Assembly: GCF_963921235.1 (NCBI RefSeq)
Contig: NC_086107.1
Location: 105,836,001 to 105,900,000 of the forward strand
Direction of reading: 5' to 3'
Length of the DNA: 64,000 nucleotides
DNA from: Mobula hypostoma
Taxonomy: Eukaryota
Within the stretch, counting starts at the first letter, position 1, and the number at the start of each line of letters is the position of its first letter. Below are positions 13,324-25,949 of the stretch, piece by piece. The translations under genes and the position numbers were made by a program. Below the pieces are notes generated by a model. The model worked only from the letters and a program-made list of their open reading frames with translations, was not told the DNA's origin and ran no database searches.

Positions 13324-14075
13324 CTTCTGCAGCTTAATGTGAAAAAGACTAAGGAGCTGGTGGTAGACCTGAGGAGAGCTAAGGTACCGGTGACCCCTGT
13401 TTCCATCCAGGGGGTCAGTGTGGACATGGTGGAGAATTACAAATACCTGGGGATACGAGTTGACAATAAACTGGACTGGTCAAAGAACACTGAGACCTTC
13501 TTGTGGACAGGTCAGAGCCGTCTCTATTTCCTGAGGAGAATGAAGTCCTTTAACATCTGCCGGACAATACTGAGGATGTTCTACAAGTCTGTGGTGGCCA
13601 GTGCTATCATGTTTGCTGTTGTGTGCTGGGGCAGCAGGCTGAGGGTAGCAGACACCAACAGGATCAACAAACTCATTCGTAAGGCCAGTGATGTTGTGGG
13701 GATGGAACTGGACTCTCTGACGGTGGTGTCTGAAAAGAGGATGCTGTCTAAGTTGCATGCCATCTTGGACAATGTCTCCCATCCACTACATAATGTACTG
13801 GGTGGGCACAGGAGTACATTCAGCCAGAGACTCATTCCACCGAGATGCAGCACAGAGCGTCATAGGAAGTCATTCCTGCCTGTGGCCGTCAAACTTTACA
13901 ACTCCTCCCTTGGAGGGTCAGACACCCTGAGCCAATAGGCTGGTCCTGGACTTATTTCCTGGCATAATTTACATATTGCTATTTAACTATTTATGGTTTT
14001 ATTACTATTTATTATTTATGGTGCAACTGTAACGAAAACCAGTTTCCCCCGGGATCAATAAAATATGACTATGAC
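13324..14075 (+). mobile_element. Young Rex1/Babar LINE 3' fragment
   Basis: LNVKKTKELVVD...YKYLG...RLYFLRR...FYKSVVAS...SFLPVAVKLYN; near-identical to 36376-36955. Confidence 0.93.
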
Positions 14076-15330
14076 TTTATTACAGTGTTTTAGATGGGCT
14101 GTGTCTTTTTACTTTTACAGGTGTGTTCAAAATGTCCCTTTTTTGCCACAACTTTGGCAATCTAAATCTTTATACCAGCATTTTTTTGCTGGAAGCCCAG
14201 TTTTGCCGCAACATTGATTGCCTTATTCTTAAAGTCAGTAGAAACTTTATGAACTTATGTGCTTAATAGCTGTGCTTCTGTGGCTGCCATCTCTATAGAT
14301 GTACTAATCTCTGTTGCCTTCTGTAATGTTAGTCTGTCTTCTATAAGCAAATGTTTCTATGCAGGCCACAAACTACGATGTGATGTGTCATTCAGCAACT
14401 GCCCAAAATCAGTGTCCAGACTATCATTTCACCACTGCCACAGACCGTGAAATAGACTCACCTTCCTCTTGATTTCTTTCATGAAATCTAAACCTCTCAG
14501 CAGTAATCAAAGGCTAGGGGGTATAGTGGCCCTTTAAGACTTTAGCTAAGTCCTCACAAGGAATATCGCCAGGCTTAACTGCGTAATAAATTAAATGTTC
14601 TTCCACTCATCACAGTCAGAAAAGTTGGAACATGAATATCATCTGAAATTTGACTCGCCAGTGAAAAATATTCAGATCATTTAGTATATGAACTCCATTG
14701 TTCTGTTGCTTTGTTATCCTTCCAAAGATTTTCAAGCAGTCACATCTTATCCATCTCTCTTTTCCTTACAACTCACACAAAAAATGCTGGTGAACACAGC
14801 AGGTCAGGCAGCATCTATAAGTCCTGGCCCGAAACGTCGACTGTACCTCTTCCTATAGATGCTGCCTGGCCTGCTGCATTCACCACCAATTTTTTGTGTG
14901 TGTTGCTTGAATTTCCAGCATCTGCAGATTTCCTTGTGTTTGCGTCTCTTTTCCTTATTTGTTTTATTTAACCATCGTATTCTCGCCCTCTCCCAGCAGA
15001 TTGCTCACTCGCCGCACTTCCTGCGGCCGTGTTCTGTTCGCTCACCCACATTACATCGTTACACCGCTATCGTTACACACACACCTTCCTTGTCGAAACA
15101 ATAACTATCGGGTGAGGACGCGTCACCTCGTCGCCAGTTGTTATGTTTGTGGTACTGGGAGGCCGGGTGGCCGTGAATAACGCACACGAGAGATGGAGAG
15201 GTGAGGAACAAAATTGAGCTGCTATTTAAATGCAAACAACAGGAATTCTGCAGATGCTGGAAATTCAAGCAACACACATCAAAGTTGCTGATGAACGCAG
15301 CAGGCCAGGCAGCATCTGAAGGAAGAGGTG

Positions 15331-15368
15331 CAGTCGACATTTCAGGCCGAGACCCTTCGTCAGGACTA
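15331..15368 (-). ncRNA. Minimal type I hammerhead ribozyme motif (PLE)
   Basis: Minus strand tagtc CTGACGA agggtctcggcct GAAAT GTC gactg. Confidence 0.7.
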
Positions 15369-15697
15369 ACTGAAAGAAGAGATAGTAAGAGATTTGAAAG
15401 TAGCCCCACCTCCCCCTCGTACCCCATCTGTTACTTATTTTTATACACACATTCTTTCTCTCACTCTCCTTTGTCTCCCTCTGTCCCTCTGAATATACCT
15501 CTTGCCCATCCTCTGGGTTCCCCCCCCCCACTTGTCTTTCTTCCCGGACCTCCTGTCCCATGATCCTCTCGTATCCCCTTTTGCCTATCACCTGTCCAGC
15601 TCTTGGCTCCATCCCTCCCCCTCCTGTCTTCTCCTATCATTTTGGATCTCCCCCTCCCCCTCCAGCTTTCAAATCTCTTACTCACTCTTCCTTCAGT

Positions 15698-15735
15698 TAG
15701 TCCTGATGAAGGGTCTCGGCCCGAAATGTCGACTG
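15698..15735 (+). ncRNA. Minimal type I hammerhead ribozyme motif (PLE)
   Basis: tagtc CTGATGA agggtctcggccc GAAAT GTC gactg. Confidence 0.72.
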
Positions 15736-16029
15736 TACCTCTTCCTACAGATGCTGCCTGGCCTGCTGCGTTCACCAGCAACTTTGATGTGTGAGCTGCT
15801 ATTTATTTTATTTGTAAATCATCTACCCAGAATGCCCTCTCACATTTCGTTCCGCACTTAACTCACAGGGAAGCGTGTCAGCAACCTGTTACGGGTCAGG
15901 ATATACATGAATATACAACACATTCAATTACGTAAAGATCAAGAAAATTACAAAGGAGTATCATTGTCGCAATGTGCCTACAAGTTGTTAACCCTTTCAT
16001 TACTTTGGGAGACTTCCCGCCCAACAAAC

Positions 16030-16945
16030 CAAAGGGTTGGATTTAAGAGCGCGAATGTTATGCTGCAACCTGGAATAGTGGCACAGTTCTGGTCTCCCTA
16101 TCTGAGGAAAGACAACCTGGCTGTGGAAGTGGTGTAGATAAGGTCCACCAGGTTGATTCCGGAGATGACGGGGTTAACCTATGAGGCCAGATTGAGTCGC
16201 CCGGTACTATACTCTCTGGAATTCAGAAGAATGAGAGGAGATCTTCCAGAAACAAAAAAAAAATTATGAAAGGGATAGATACAATAAAGGCAGAGAAGCC
16301 TTTTCTACTGACAAGTGAGACTAGAACTAAGAGACATAGCCTCAAGATTTCAGAGAATAGATTTAGGACACAGATGAGGCGAAACTGCTTTTCCCAAAGA
16401 GAAGTGAATTTGTGGAATTCTCTGCCCAGGGATGCAGTAGAGGTCACCTCATTAAAATATTTAAGACACAGTTAGATGAATTCTTGGATTGCAGGGGTAT
16501 TAAGGGTTATGGGGAAAAAGTGGAACCGAGGAGCAATGTTTCCTCCAATTTGTAATGAGCAGTGTGCACAAAAGTCTTGTGCTGTGCAATTTTTTTGCCC
16601 AGTGACAACAACATGTGCGCTCTGACTATTTCCTTCAATAAAAAAACAGTATGAGTAAGCCAGTTCTAAAATCTGCAGACAAATCATCGCAAACTCCATG
16701 TTGTCAACACCGGCCACATCAGAACCCAGAACAGGAAATATGATTGTGTGCGATCCTGAAATGTACTTAACATGCCAACGAGGTAGAGGGTGACAACCTT
16801 TAGAGCGGAGTTTACGTTCCTTTGTGTGTTAGTAGCAAAAGATGTGTGGGCCGAGCCCCGTGGCCAGATCAGCCATGATCTTACTGAATGGCAGAGCAAG
16901 CTCGACGGGCCAGATGGCCAAATCCTGCTCCTATTTCTTATATCT
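16030..16945 (+). mobile_element. CR1 3' fragment with an unrelated insert at ~16530-16860
   Basis: QFWSPYLRKD; FSQREVNLWNSLP; 3' stem gggccagatggcc...ctgctcctattt. Confidence 0.8.
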
Positions 16946-16954
16946 GAACCCTGA

Positions 16955-17505
16955 ACCTGTTTGAGGAGATTTGGTGCCTCACCAAAGACACTTGCAAATT
17001 TCTACAGATGTACCGTGGAGAGCGTTCTAACGCTGCATCATCGTCTAGTTGGGTTGGGGGGAGTGTGGCTACTACGCAGGATTGAAAGAAGCTACAGAAA
17101 GTTGTGAACTTGGCTCCATTATGGACATTACCTCTGTAGTATCCAGGACATCTGCAAGGAGCTATAACTCAAAAAGGCAGCGTCCATCATTAAGGACCCC
17201 CATCACCCAGGGCACGCCCTCTCTTCATTGCTACCATCGGGGAGGATATACAGGAGCCTGAAGACACACACTCAACGATTCAGGAACAGCTTCTTCCCCT
17301 CTGCCATCCGATTTCTGAATGGACACTGAACCCATGAACACTACCTCACTACTTTTTTATTTCTATTTCTGCACTAAGTTAATTTAAGATAGTATATTTA
17401 CTGTGATTCACATTTTTTAATTATTATGTTTTGCATTGTATTGCTGCCATTAAGACAAATTTCATGACATATGCTGGTGATATTAAAAATTGATTCTGAT
17501 TCTGA
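16955..17505 (+). mobile_element. Rex1/Babar LINE 3' fragment
   Basis: FYRCTVES...IIKDP...LLPSG...RFRNSFFP motifs; (gattct)n tail. Confidence 0.85.
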
Positions 17506-17739
17506 ACCTGACAAAGGTTTTATTACCCTGCCCGTCTCTGAGCAGAAGGAGCTGAGACTGTGGTCCTTTCCCACAGAGCCCTAGCGTTGGCTGTACTGTG
17601 TCCCTCAGTACATATTGTCCCAGTCTGCACAATTCCTTTGTAGACATCTTGCTGTGCTAGAAGACGAAGGGTATCTTTCACTGAGTTGAAGATCTTCCAG
17701 TAACACCTCTTGCCTGTCGCAATGTGTGTGCTGGAAACC

Positions 17740-18025
17740 GGAGGTGAGAGGGGGTAGGTTCAAGGGGGATGTGAGGGGTAAGTTTTTTTACTCAGCGAGT
17801 GGTAGACGCCTGGAGTGCACTACCTGGTATGTTGGTAGAGGCAAATACACTAGAGGCTTTTAAGAGACATTTAGATAGGCACATGAATATGAGGAAGATG
17901 GAGGGATTTGGACATTGTGTAGGTAGGAGGGATTAGTGTTTGAGTGGTTTTTGATGTGGTTTTTAGCTGGTCCAGCATGACATTATGGGCCGAAGGGCCT
18001 GTTCCTGTGTTGTACTGTTCAATGT
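17740..18025 (+). mobile_element. CR1 3' fragment
   Basis: Similar to 3810-3897 plus 4595-4770; 3' stem gggccgaagggcctgttcctgtg. Confidence 0.85.
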
Positions 18026-18079
18026 AACAGCCCATAGATCACTTTGGATTCTTTCTTATTTCAAAAGTAGATGATTCAT

Positions 18080-18615
18080 GATTTTAAAAATCTATATGAA
18101 GTGCAAAAAAACTTCACATTCTTGGTCATACGTTACATGATGTAAACTTTAAAGAGAGAAGAAAAACATAACCAAACACAGCAACATTTCCACGATGAGG
18201 CCCCCAGAGATGAAGTCCATTTTATTGTTTGAGGGGTTTCCCACCCAACTCCTGTCCCTCCGCGCGTTGTAGCGGAAGGAACTCGGACACTGGGGTCCTC
18301 ACCCACAGAGCTTTAGCATCGGCTGCGGCGAGCTTTAGTGCTGCCATTTGGTAACATTCCGTTATGCCAATCACACCGCACTGGAAGACCGACAAGTTTT
18401 GAGCAGACCAAAGTATGTCCTCCACCGAGCTGGGCCCCTTCCAGCAGCTCTAGATGTTTTGCCTTGGTGTGTGTCTGTGCAAATAGCCCATAGATCAGAG
18501 CCCTCTGTTACGGAGCTGATGGGGATGAACCAGGACTTGGACCCTTGCATCAATCGCCACTCCTCTTTGTAAACCCGCAGCCTGCAAAGAGGTGGGTGAC
18601 TGTCTCTTCCCCACC
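18080..18615 (-). mobile_element. Tx1-clade LINE ORF2 C-terminus and 3' UTR
   Basis: Across frameshifts: GEETVTHLFAGC, WFIPISSVTE, IYGLF, EDILWSAQNLSVFQ, ALKLAAADAKALW. Confidence 0.8.
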
Positions 18616-20099
18616 AAAGCAGTCAAATCAAATCAAGCCAAATCAAATTTAGTTATCATTCAAACCACACGTTGATACAGTCGAACGAGACAGTGTTCCT
18701 CTGGGGCCAAGGTACATAACATACATTCAAAATAGCGAGAGAGAAAACAAAAAATGTTATTGTGCAAGAAAACGCATGTAGTCCAAGACCCTGAGCGACA
18801 AGCATATTGATGGTACAGCTCCCAGGAATCCAGCCTGTCATTCCACCGGTCGAACACTGGAGGGCAGCATTGATGGGAGAGGCCACCCAGCAAATGAGCA
18901 CGGACGCCACGCTACACCGCCTCCGGTGCCTCCTCGCCTGGACTGCAGCAGCAGGCAAGCCCGCAGCTTGAGGCCTAGTCTTTGCTACAGCCGAGGCTAT
19001 GCTGCTGCCTCATCCCCTGTCTCACCACCAAACAAGGGAAACAGGCCTATGGATTCTTACATCTGTCCTGAGGGCAGCATACGTCATTCGAGGAGTTTCA
19101 GAGAAGGCTTTGAGGGTAGAGATGGGAAAAAGTAACCAGATATAACTGATTGCAGGAACTTCTTCTCACTTATCTCGGGAATTCTCCTCCCCAGAGAGCT
19201 ACAGTGGTTTGTCATTAGGCGTATTTAATGTCACACTTTTGCAAACTCAGTGACTTGAAGTAGAGAATTGAAATTCTAGCATGACCCTTAGCATCTGGAG
19301 GTGAATCAAACATTCTACACGAAGAGTGGCCATTGGCCAGTCATCACACCCTTCAACACCAACTCCTCAAACATGGCTTCAAGCAGAAAAACACCACCGA
19401 GACCACGATGGTTGGCAAAGCTTCAGAGGACAGCAAAGTCTTTCCTCGTTGAAATGTAAAGAGAGAACCGCACGCTGCCAACCCTTCAAATGCAGGGGAT
19501 ATAACTTGCGCTGCAAATAATCCTACTACTACACCTGCCCTAACAAATGGGCAGCTGGACAGCCCTTCGGAGAGAAGTGCAGACCTAGTCACCGTAGCAT
19601 GTAAGGAAACCCAACACTGTGTTCACTTTACACAGCTGTCCATTCTGACAAGGCTATATGTTTAGCTTGTGTGGCCGAGTGTGACTTAGAATCTCATTCA
19701 AAGCCGGTTGAATCATTTGTTTCTCCAGGCAGTAAGCCTGCTGCACTTGTGTTCCTAGAGAGTCTCCCAACCAAGTTATAACCAAGTCTGAGTGAGCCCT
19801 GTACCGACAGGGAAAAGCAAAGGGGAAAGCTAACGAGGATAATGTCACCTCAGTGTGGCATAATACCATATCAACGTTTCTTCATTAATATTATGCAATA
19901 TTTTCATCACATTAATATTTTCATAACCTGTTGTATAATATTTTCATGCAGAGGCTGGAAATCCAGATCAGCAAACTCAAAACGCTGAAGGAACTCAGTA
20001 GGTCAGGCAGCATCTACAGAGGGCAATAAACAGTCAACGATTTTTTTATCCTGTGTGATACTGTGTGGAATAGACCCTTCTGGCCCTTCAAGCCACGCT

Positions 20100-20300
20100 T
20101 CCCAGCAATCTCCCAATTTAACCCTAGCCTAATCACGGGACAATTTATTATGACCAATTAACCTACCAACCGGTACATCTTTAGGCTGTGGGAGGAAATC
20201 AGAGCACCTGGAGGAAACCCACGCGGTCACGGGGAGAACGTACAAACTCCTAACAGGCAGCGGCGGGAATTGAACCAGGGTCGCCTGTACTGTAAGCCAC
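20100..20300 (-). mobile_element. V-SINE-like tRNA-derived SINE
   Basis: B box ggttcaattcc and V-domain cgtgggtttcctccaggtgctctgatttcctcccaca on the minus strand; relatives at 20828-21150, 35345-35620, 39130-39680, 50050-50300. Confidence 0.75.
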
Positions 20301-20703
20301 TACACTTCATCAAGCCTGGAAAAGAAGGAGAGAGAAGCCAGGATAAGAAAATGGGCGGGGGATGGGGAAGGAGAATAAACTGTTGTTACAACATTATATT
20401 TTCGATTCTGTATCTAACTCATTTTGTATCCGATAGTATTTGATGGAACAGTGTTGAGGGAGCTTTATCACATATCCAACCACACCCACAGCCCTACGAG
20501 TACTCAATGTCAGAGTGTAGTGGAAACTGCTCTGTATTTATCTCCCTGTTTGATTGAGGTATGGGGCATTACGCGGGGAATTTTGAACTTGATTTAATCT
20601 AGGTGCCCCTGTATCATGAGTGGAGGCCAGCTTAGAGGAAGATTCACTCTGTATTTAACCCACATTGTCCCTTTCCTGGGAATGTTCAAGGGATGGTTCA
20701 GAG

Positions 20704-20785
20704 CAGGGGTTCCCAACCTGAGATCCACGGACCCCTTGCTTAATGGTAGGGGGACAATGGCATGAAAAAAGTTGGGGGCCCTTGG
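20704..20785. mobile_element. hAT-Charlie-type MITE
   Basis: caggggttcccaac...gttgggggcccttg with a tctaga-like target; related copies at 28919-28998 and 40134-40937. Confidence 0.7.
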
Positions 20786-20827
20786 TCTAGAGAAAAATTT
20801 ACACAAGTTAGAAGGACCAAGTAGGGT

Positions 20828-21150
20828 GGAATGGTAGGGCAGTGGTTAGCACGATGCATTACAGCGTCAGCTGTAAGAAAGGAGTTCAATTTCCACCACT
20901 GTCTGGAGGGAGTTCTCTCATTTTCCTTATGACCGTGTGGGTTTCTGCCAGGAGCCCCAGTTTCCTCCCACATTCCAAAGATGTCCTACTAGTAGATGTA
21001 CTAGTTAGGGTTGTGGGCATGCTAATTTTCTGCCAGAAGTATGGCAACACTTGCCCAGAACAATCCTCGCTGATTTGATTTGACGCAAGTGATGCATTTC
21101 GCTGTGCGTTTTAATGCATATGTGACAAATAAAGCTAATCTTTAATCTTT
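20828..21150 (+). mobile_element. V-SINE-like tRNA-derived SINE
   Basis: A/B box head, V-domain, aataaagctaatctt tail. Confidence 0.75.
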
Positions 21151-21402
21151 AAGCTATCCCGGCCCTGGGAGTGTATTTGGGACAGTTTAGAGGGAGATCC
21201 ACTCTATATCTAACCTGCGATGCTCTTGTCCCAGTGTGGTTGTGGGGCTGAAGACAGCCAAAATTAAAGTAATTTTTTCTCCTTGTCTTATCCATCCAAA
21301 ATGGATTTTTAAAAAAATCAGTCAATATAAATAACCAAACAACATTCCTTGGTGTTCAGTGAATGTGTACCCAAAACATTTTTAATTTCCACTCCGCATT
21401 TG

Positions 21403-21533
21403 TGATGTCATTTCCTCAACAGTGAGGGTCGATTGAGCAGGATGGCAACAGTGATGTCATATGGAAACAATCAGGAATCTAATAAGATCCACAGAAATAG
21501 GAACAAGACTGAGGTGGACCAGTTTCACTTTTC
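21403..21533. promoter_or_regulatory. Candidate immune-type cis-module (RFX half-site, CRE-like sites, ISRE)
   Basis: gatggcaacag-tgatgtca 21441-21459; second tgatgtca 21403-21410; agtttcacttttc 21521-21533; lies in non-repeat DNA. Confidence 0.4.
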
Positions 21534-21627
21534 AAAACGACCATGTCTGCTGCTCTAGCTCAGCTTAGTAACTGAAAATCAAGAAAAAATATTGCAAATG
21601 CCGGAAATCTGAAATAAAACCAGAAAA

Positions 21628-22310
21628 TTTGATGTTGGGGTTTTTGATGAGATTGGCAATTAGGTTGCAGATGTTTCATCTCCATTCGAGGTGACATCCT
21701 CAGTGTGCAGCTGTTGGTGCTTCTTGACGGGACAGCTTGCGTTTATATAGACCCCCGTTTGCTTGGCTACCCCTTCAATTGACTGAGTTCTATTGGCTCG
21801 CATTTCTTTGTTTGTAGATGGCGTCTATTTCAATGTGTTTGTTTAGAGAGCTATCAGAAGAGAATCACACTTCTAAGAATTCCTGTGCCTGCCTCATGTG
21901 TGCCTGTGCCAGAACCTCTGGGGTGTCCCAGTTAAAGTGGCGTCCTTCTCGGAGTTCATGTACCGAGATCAGCGGCGGTGGGTCATGTCTCCCTACCGCC
22001 AGACTGTGTTCCCGTAAACGAGTTGAGAGTTCACGTCCCGTCCAGCCGATGTGCTTCTCGTTGCAGTCTCCACTAAGAGCCAAAGAAACGCGAGCCATTA
22101 GAATTCTGAAGGGGTAGCCAGTCAGGACCGAGGCAAGTGAACGGGGGCCTGTATACACACAAGCACTTGCCGAGAGAATCACCAACAACTGCACACTGTG
22201 GTATGTCACCTCGACTGGTGAAGAAATGTCTGCCAGCTAATTGCCAAGCTCGGTGAACACCCCAACATCAAACACCTCAATCCAAGCTACCCATGTTCAC
22301 CAAAATCCTC
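21628..22310 (-). mobile_element. Poseidon-type Penelope element: GIY-YIG C-terminus with inverted terminal pLTR copies
   Basis: HIGWTGRELSTRLREHSLAV...HFNWD...QEFLEV; 21628-21719 is an inverted copy of 22180-22272; CTGAGGA...GAAAC hammerhead core on the minus strand at ~21665-21705. Confidence 0.85.
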
Positions 22311-23889
22311 AATGAGAAAATGCTGGAAAAGGTGAGGCAGCAGAAGAAGAGTTAACTTTTTTGGGGTCTGAGACCCTTCACCAGAACTGTTCTGACAAAG
22401 GTCCTTGGCATGAAGCGTTAACTCAGTATTTCTCCGCACAGTGGCTGCCTGACCTGCATGGTGTCCACAACATTTCCTCGTGTTAGCAATTACAGGATGG
22501 GAATATTGGGAATAATATAGAAAAGGAATAAGGACAGGAATACCACTAATTTATCATTAATAGTTCGGTGGTTGAGGACAATGTTACTTTTAGTGTTTGG
22601 TTAAATTTCCCTTCATGCATTGAGAAGTTCATTAATCAGTTGTGTAGGTGGATGAAGGCTGTTTATTTAATACAAGGCTTGTACAGTATAAATCCTTGCT
22701 CACATTCCAAACCTCACTGAAACCAGCCTACTCCCACTCACATCCTAAAATACACAACCCAGAATCCCAAGCTGGCCCTCTTCCAGGGCAGATGTGGCTA
22801 CATGGGAAAGGTTCTAGTCAGCGATATTTTCTTGTCTTCGATCGGCGTTTACTCCAGCCTCCTGAGCAAGACCAACAATCAGAAAGAGCTCTGATTCCTC
22901 ACTGTTAATCCCTCGATGGGTGTGTGGCTCCAGATTCCAGTCAGGGCTGAGTGTTGAGGAAAGTCCAAGCAAATGTATTATCAAAGTATACATATCTCAC
23001 CATATACAATCAGGAGATTCATTGTCCTACAGGCATTTATTAGATACTATAGGATTTATGAAAGTCTCTACATATAAACTCTGGCAAGCAACAACTATGT
23101 ACAAGAAGCCAAATTGTGCAAATCAGAAAATAATGATATTGAGAACATGAGTTGTGAAGTCCTTGACAGTAAGTCTGTGTGTTGTGGAAGCAGTTCTGAG
23201 TTGAGTTGAGTGAAGTCATCTCTCTGGTTCCGGAGCCTGACGGTTGTCGGGTAAGATCTGTTTTTGAACCGGATCCAGGGAAGGATCACAAGAACGATCC
23301 CGGAAATGAAAGGCCTTAATGTATCAGGAGTTCAGATGGGAAGTGCGGTGGGCCGGGGGGGTGGGGTGTGGTTGGTGGAAATCTCATTGGAGCCTCTTGA
23401 ATAGAGAGTATGTGGAGAGGCTGTTTCAATCAGTGGGGGAGGTTAGGATCTACGGACACAGCCTCAGAACACAGGGGCTGGGATGAGGAGGAATTTCTTC
23501 AACCAGAGAATGGTGAACCTGAGGAATTCACTGCCTGGGAGGGTTATGGAGGCGAAACCTCTGAATGTATTTAAGGCAGAGGCTGACGGGTTTTTCAGAG
23601 GGTGATGGAGAAAGTGGGAGAATGGGGTTGAAAAAGTAATTAGTCATGATTAAATGGTGGACACACTAGAAGGGCCGAATGGCCTAATTCTGCTCCTATA
23701 TCTTATGGTCTATTGTCTTATGGCCCTGGAAAATCCTATCACCCACTGGAAATAGTTTAACACTATAATCTATATTCTGTTATTGTTTTCCCTTTTGTAC
23801 TACCTCAATGTATTTATGCACTTATGTCATCTGTCTGGATGACATATAACTTGCTGCACAAATTGCTAAACTGCTTAAGAAGGCATATA

Positions 23890-24290
23890 GTGGGGGAGCA
23901 ACAACTTATATTCCATCTGGGTAGCCTCCTACCTGATGGTATGAATATCGATTTCTCCTTCCAGTTAAAGAATTTCCCTCCCCTTTCCCTTTCTTCTATT
24001 TCCCCACTCTGGCCTCATCTCTTATCACGTGCTATCTCCTCCTCCTTCCCTTTCTCCTATGGTCCATTCTCCTCTCCTATCAGATTCCCTCATCTCCAGC
24101 CCTTTACCTCTTCTACCCACCTGGCTTCACCTATCACCTTCCTCCCTCCCTCCCACCTTTTTATTCTGGGGTCTTCCCCCTTTCTTCTCAGTCCTGAAGA
24201 AGGGTCTCGGCCCGAAATGCTGATTGTGTATTCACTTCCACAGATGCTGCCTGACTTGATGAGTTCCTCCAGCATTTTGTCTGTGTTGCA
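23890..24290 (+). mobile_element. Neptune-type Penelope 3' end and pLTR
   Basis: EQQLIFHLGSLLPDGMNIDF GIY-YIG tail; degenerate hammerhead cagtcctgaagaagggtctcggcccgaaat. Confidence 0.85.
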
Positions 24291-24915
24291 TAAGGTGTAT
24301 TGGCCATCATTGCTCAGGGGACTGAGTTCAAAATCTGCAAGGTAATGTCCTAGCTCTATAAAACTCTGGTTAGATGGCACTTGAAATACTGTGTTCAGTT
24401 CCGGTTACTTTATTATAGGAAAGAAGTGGAAACTTTAGAGAGGGTGCAGAGGAGATTTACCAGGATGCTGGCTGGATTAGAGAGTGTGCCTTATGAGGAT
24501 AGGCTGAGTGAGTTAGGGCTTTTCTTTTTCGAGTGAAGGAGGATTAGAGGTGACTTGATAGAGATGTACAAGATGATAAGAAACATAGATGGAGTGGACA
24601 AGGTGAAACTTTTCCCCAGACTGGAAATGGCTAATATCGGGTGCATAATTTTAAGATCAGGAAGAAAGTATGGGGGGGAGGGTCAGGGGTAATTTTTATT
24701 ACACACAGGGTGGTGCATGTATGGAACGTCCTGTCAGGGGTGGTAGTAGAAGCAGATATATTAGGAGTGTTTAAAAACTCTTAGATTGGCACATGGATGA
24801 TAGGAAAATGGAGGGCTATGTAAGAAGGAAGGGTTAGATAGACCTCAGAGTAGGTTAAAAGGCCAGCGCATCATTGTGGGCTGAAGGGCCTGTACTATAC
24901 TGAGGTGTTCCATGT
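24290..24915 (+). mobile_element. CR1 3' fragment
   Basis: LERVQRRFTRML-type sequence and CR1 3' stem. Confidence 0.85.
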
Positions 24916-25949
24916 TAAAATAAAGATTTTCACTGTCTCTCAGCGTGCATAGCAGCAGTAAACTAATTGGAAAATAATCTCATTCCCAGACTCAATGTCC
25001 TTCCCCTTCATAATCCCGGGACGAAGTGCAGGATCTTGTACGCAGGCTCCCAACGGTTGCAGCCTTTTACCAGGATCCCAGACCTAGAATTTTCAAATTC
25101 AAAAATCAAATTCAAATTCAGGTTTAATTATCGTTCAACCACAGATGAATGCAGCCGAGCAAAACAGCATTCCTCTGGGCCCAAGTTGCAAAGCATACAC
25201 AGCAGGCTATAGATAATTTTGGACAGTTCCTTGGTATTCCAGTGGTGTTCTTCAAGTGCATTGGAGATGGGTGGGAACATAAGCATCGGTCTTCCTTGGA
25301 GATAAACAGCACGGTGCCTTGCCAAGTAATTTAATGCTGGGGCCAGTATTCCTATAAGTTTTTGGCAGCTCTTGCCAGTGGGCTAATCTGTGGGCCACAG
25401 AAACCACTGAACGTTCATGCCGCTGATCAGTATAAACTCAGAAATTGGCTCCACACACAGTAAACATGACCTGACTGCTGAAACGGGTTGTGGTTTACCC
25501 TTGAGATGCGCCTATACGTTGGGAGCTGATGACCAGAGAGCGCGGAACATTCTATCCTTGGAGCTGTGATCCTGTTTTTGCAAATGGTCCCCTGATGGCC
25601 CGGTGTTGAAAGGACAGCCCAGTGTGCGACTGAGGTCCCTGAGTTCAGTGTCTGTTCTGTGTTCGGTGGCTTCCACTCAGACCAGGAGCCGGCATACAGG
25701 TGGGAGTTAGGAATGTTGAACCATCACAGTGCATTTACTATCTTGCTTCCTACTGAGGAATCACTCAGACCATGTTCTTCCCTCACGTAGCTCAAAGTCC
25801 TGGTGTTGGGTATAATCACAGACATTTATTCAACTGAGGGCTGAATGAGAGTTGATTAATCCAATGGATTACTCACATATTTACCACCCGTTAAGACACT
25901 AAGCGTCCATTTTACCTCCGCCTCTTGTCATTACCTCGATTACTTACTT

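Larger units (their letters stand above)
15229..15791. mobile_element. Penelope-like (Neptune-type) inverted pLTR insertion with 14-bp TSD
   Basis: TSD tgagctgctattta at 15215-15228 and 15792-15805; inverted termini, each carrying a hammerhead motif. Confidence 0.9.
7436..15920 (-). mobile_element. Old Gypsy LTR retrotransposon with both LTRs, internally deleted
   Basis: Direct TG...CA LTRs at 7436-7638 and 15139-15920 (the latter split by an insertion); PBS tggcgacgag (minus, ending at 15136); PPT agagggaaggga (minus, 7641-7652); gag remnant ITAERFRFHERNQEEGES ~14450-14510, Zn-knuckle ~14110-14215, protease remnant ~12910-13200. Confidence 0.85.
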
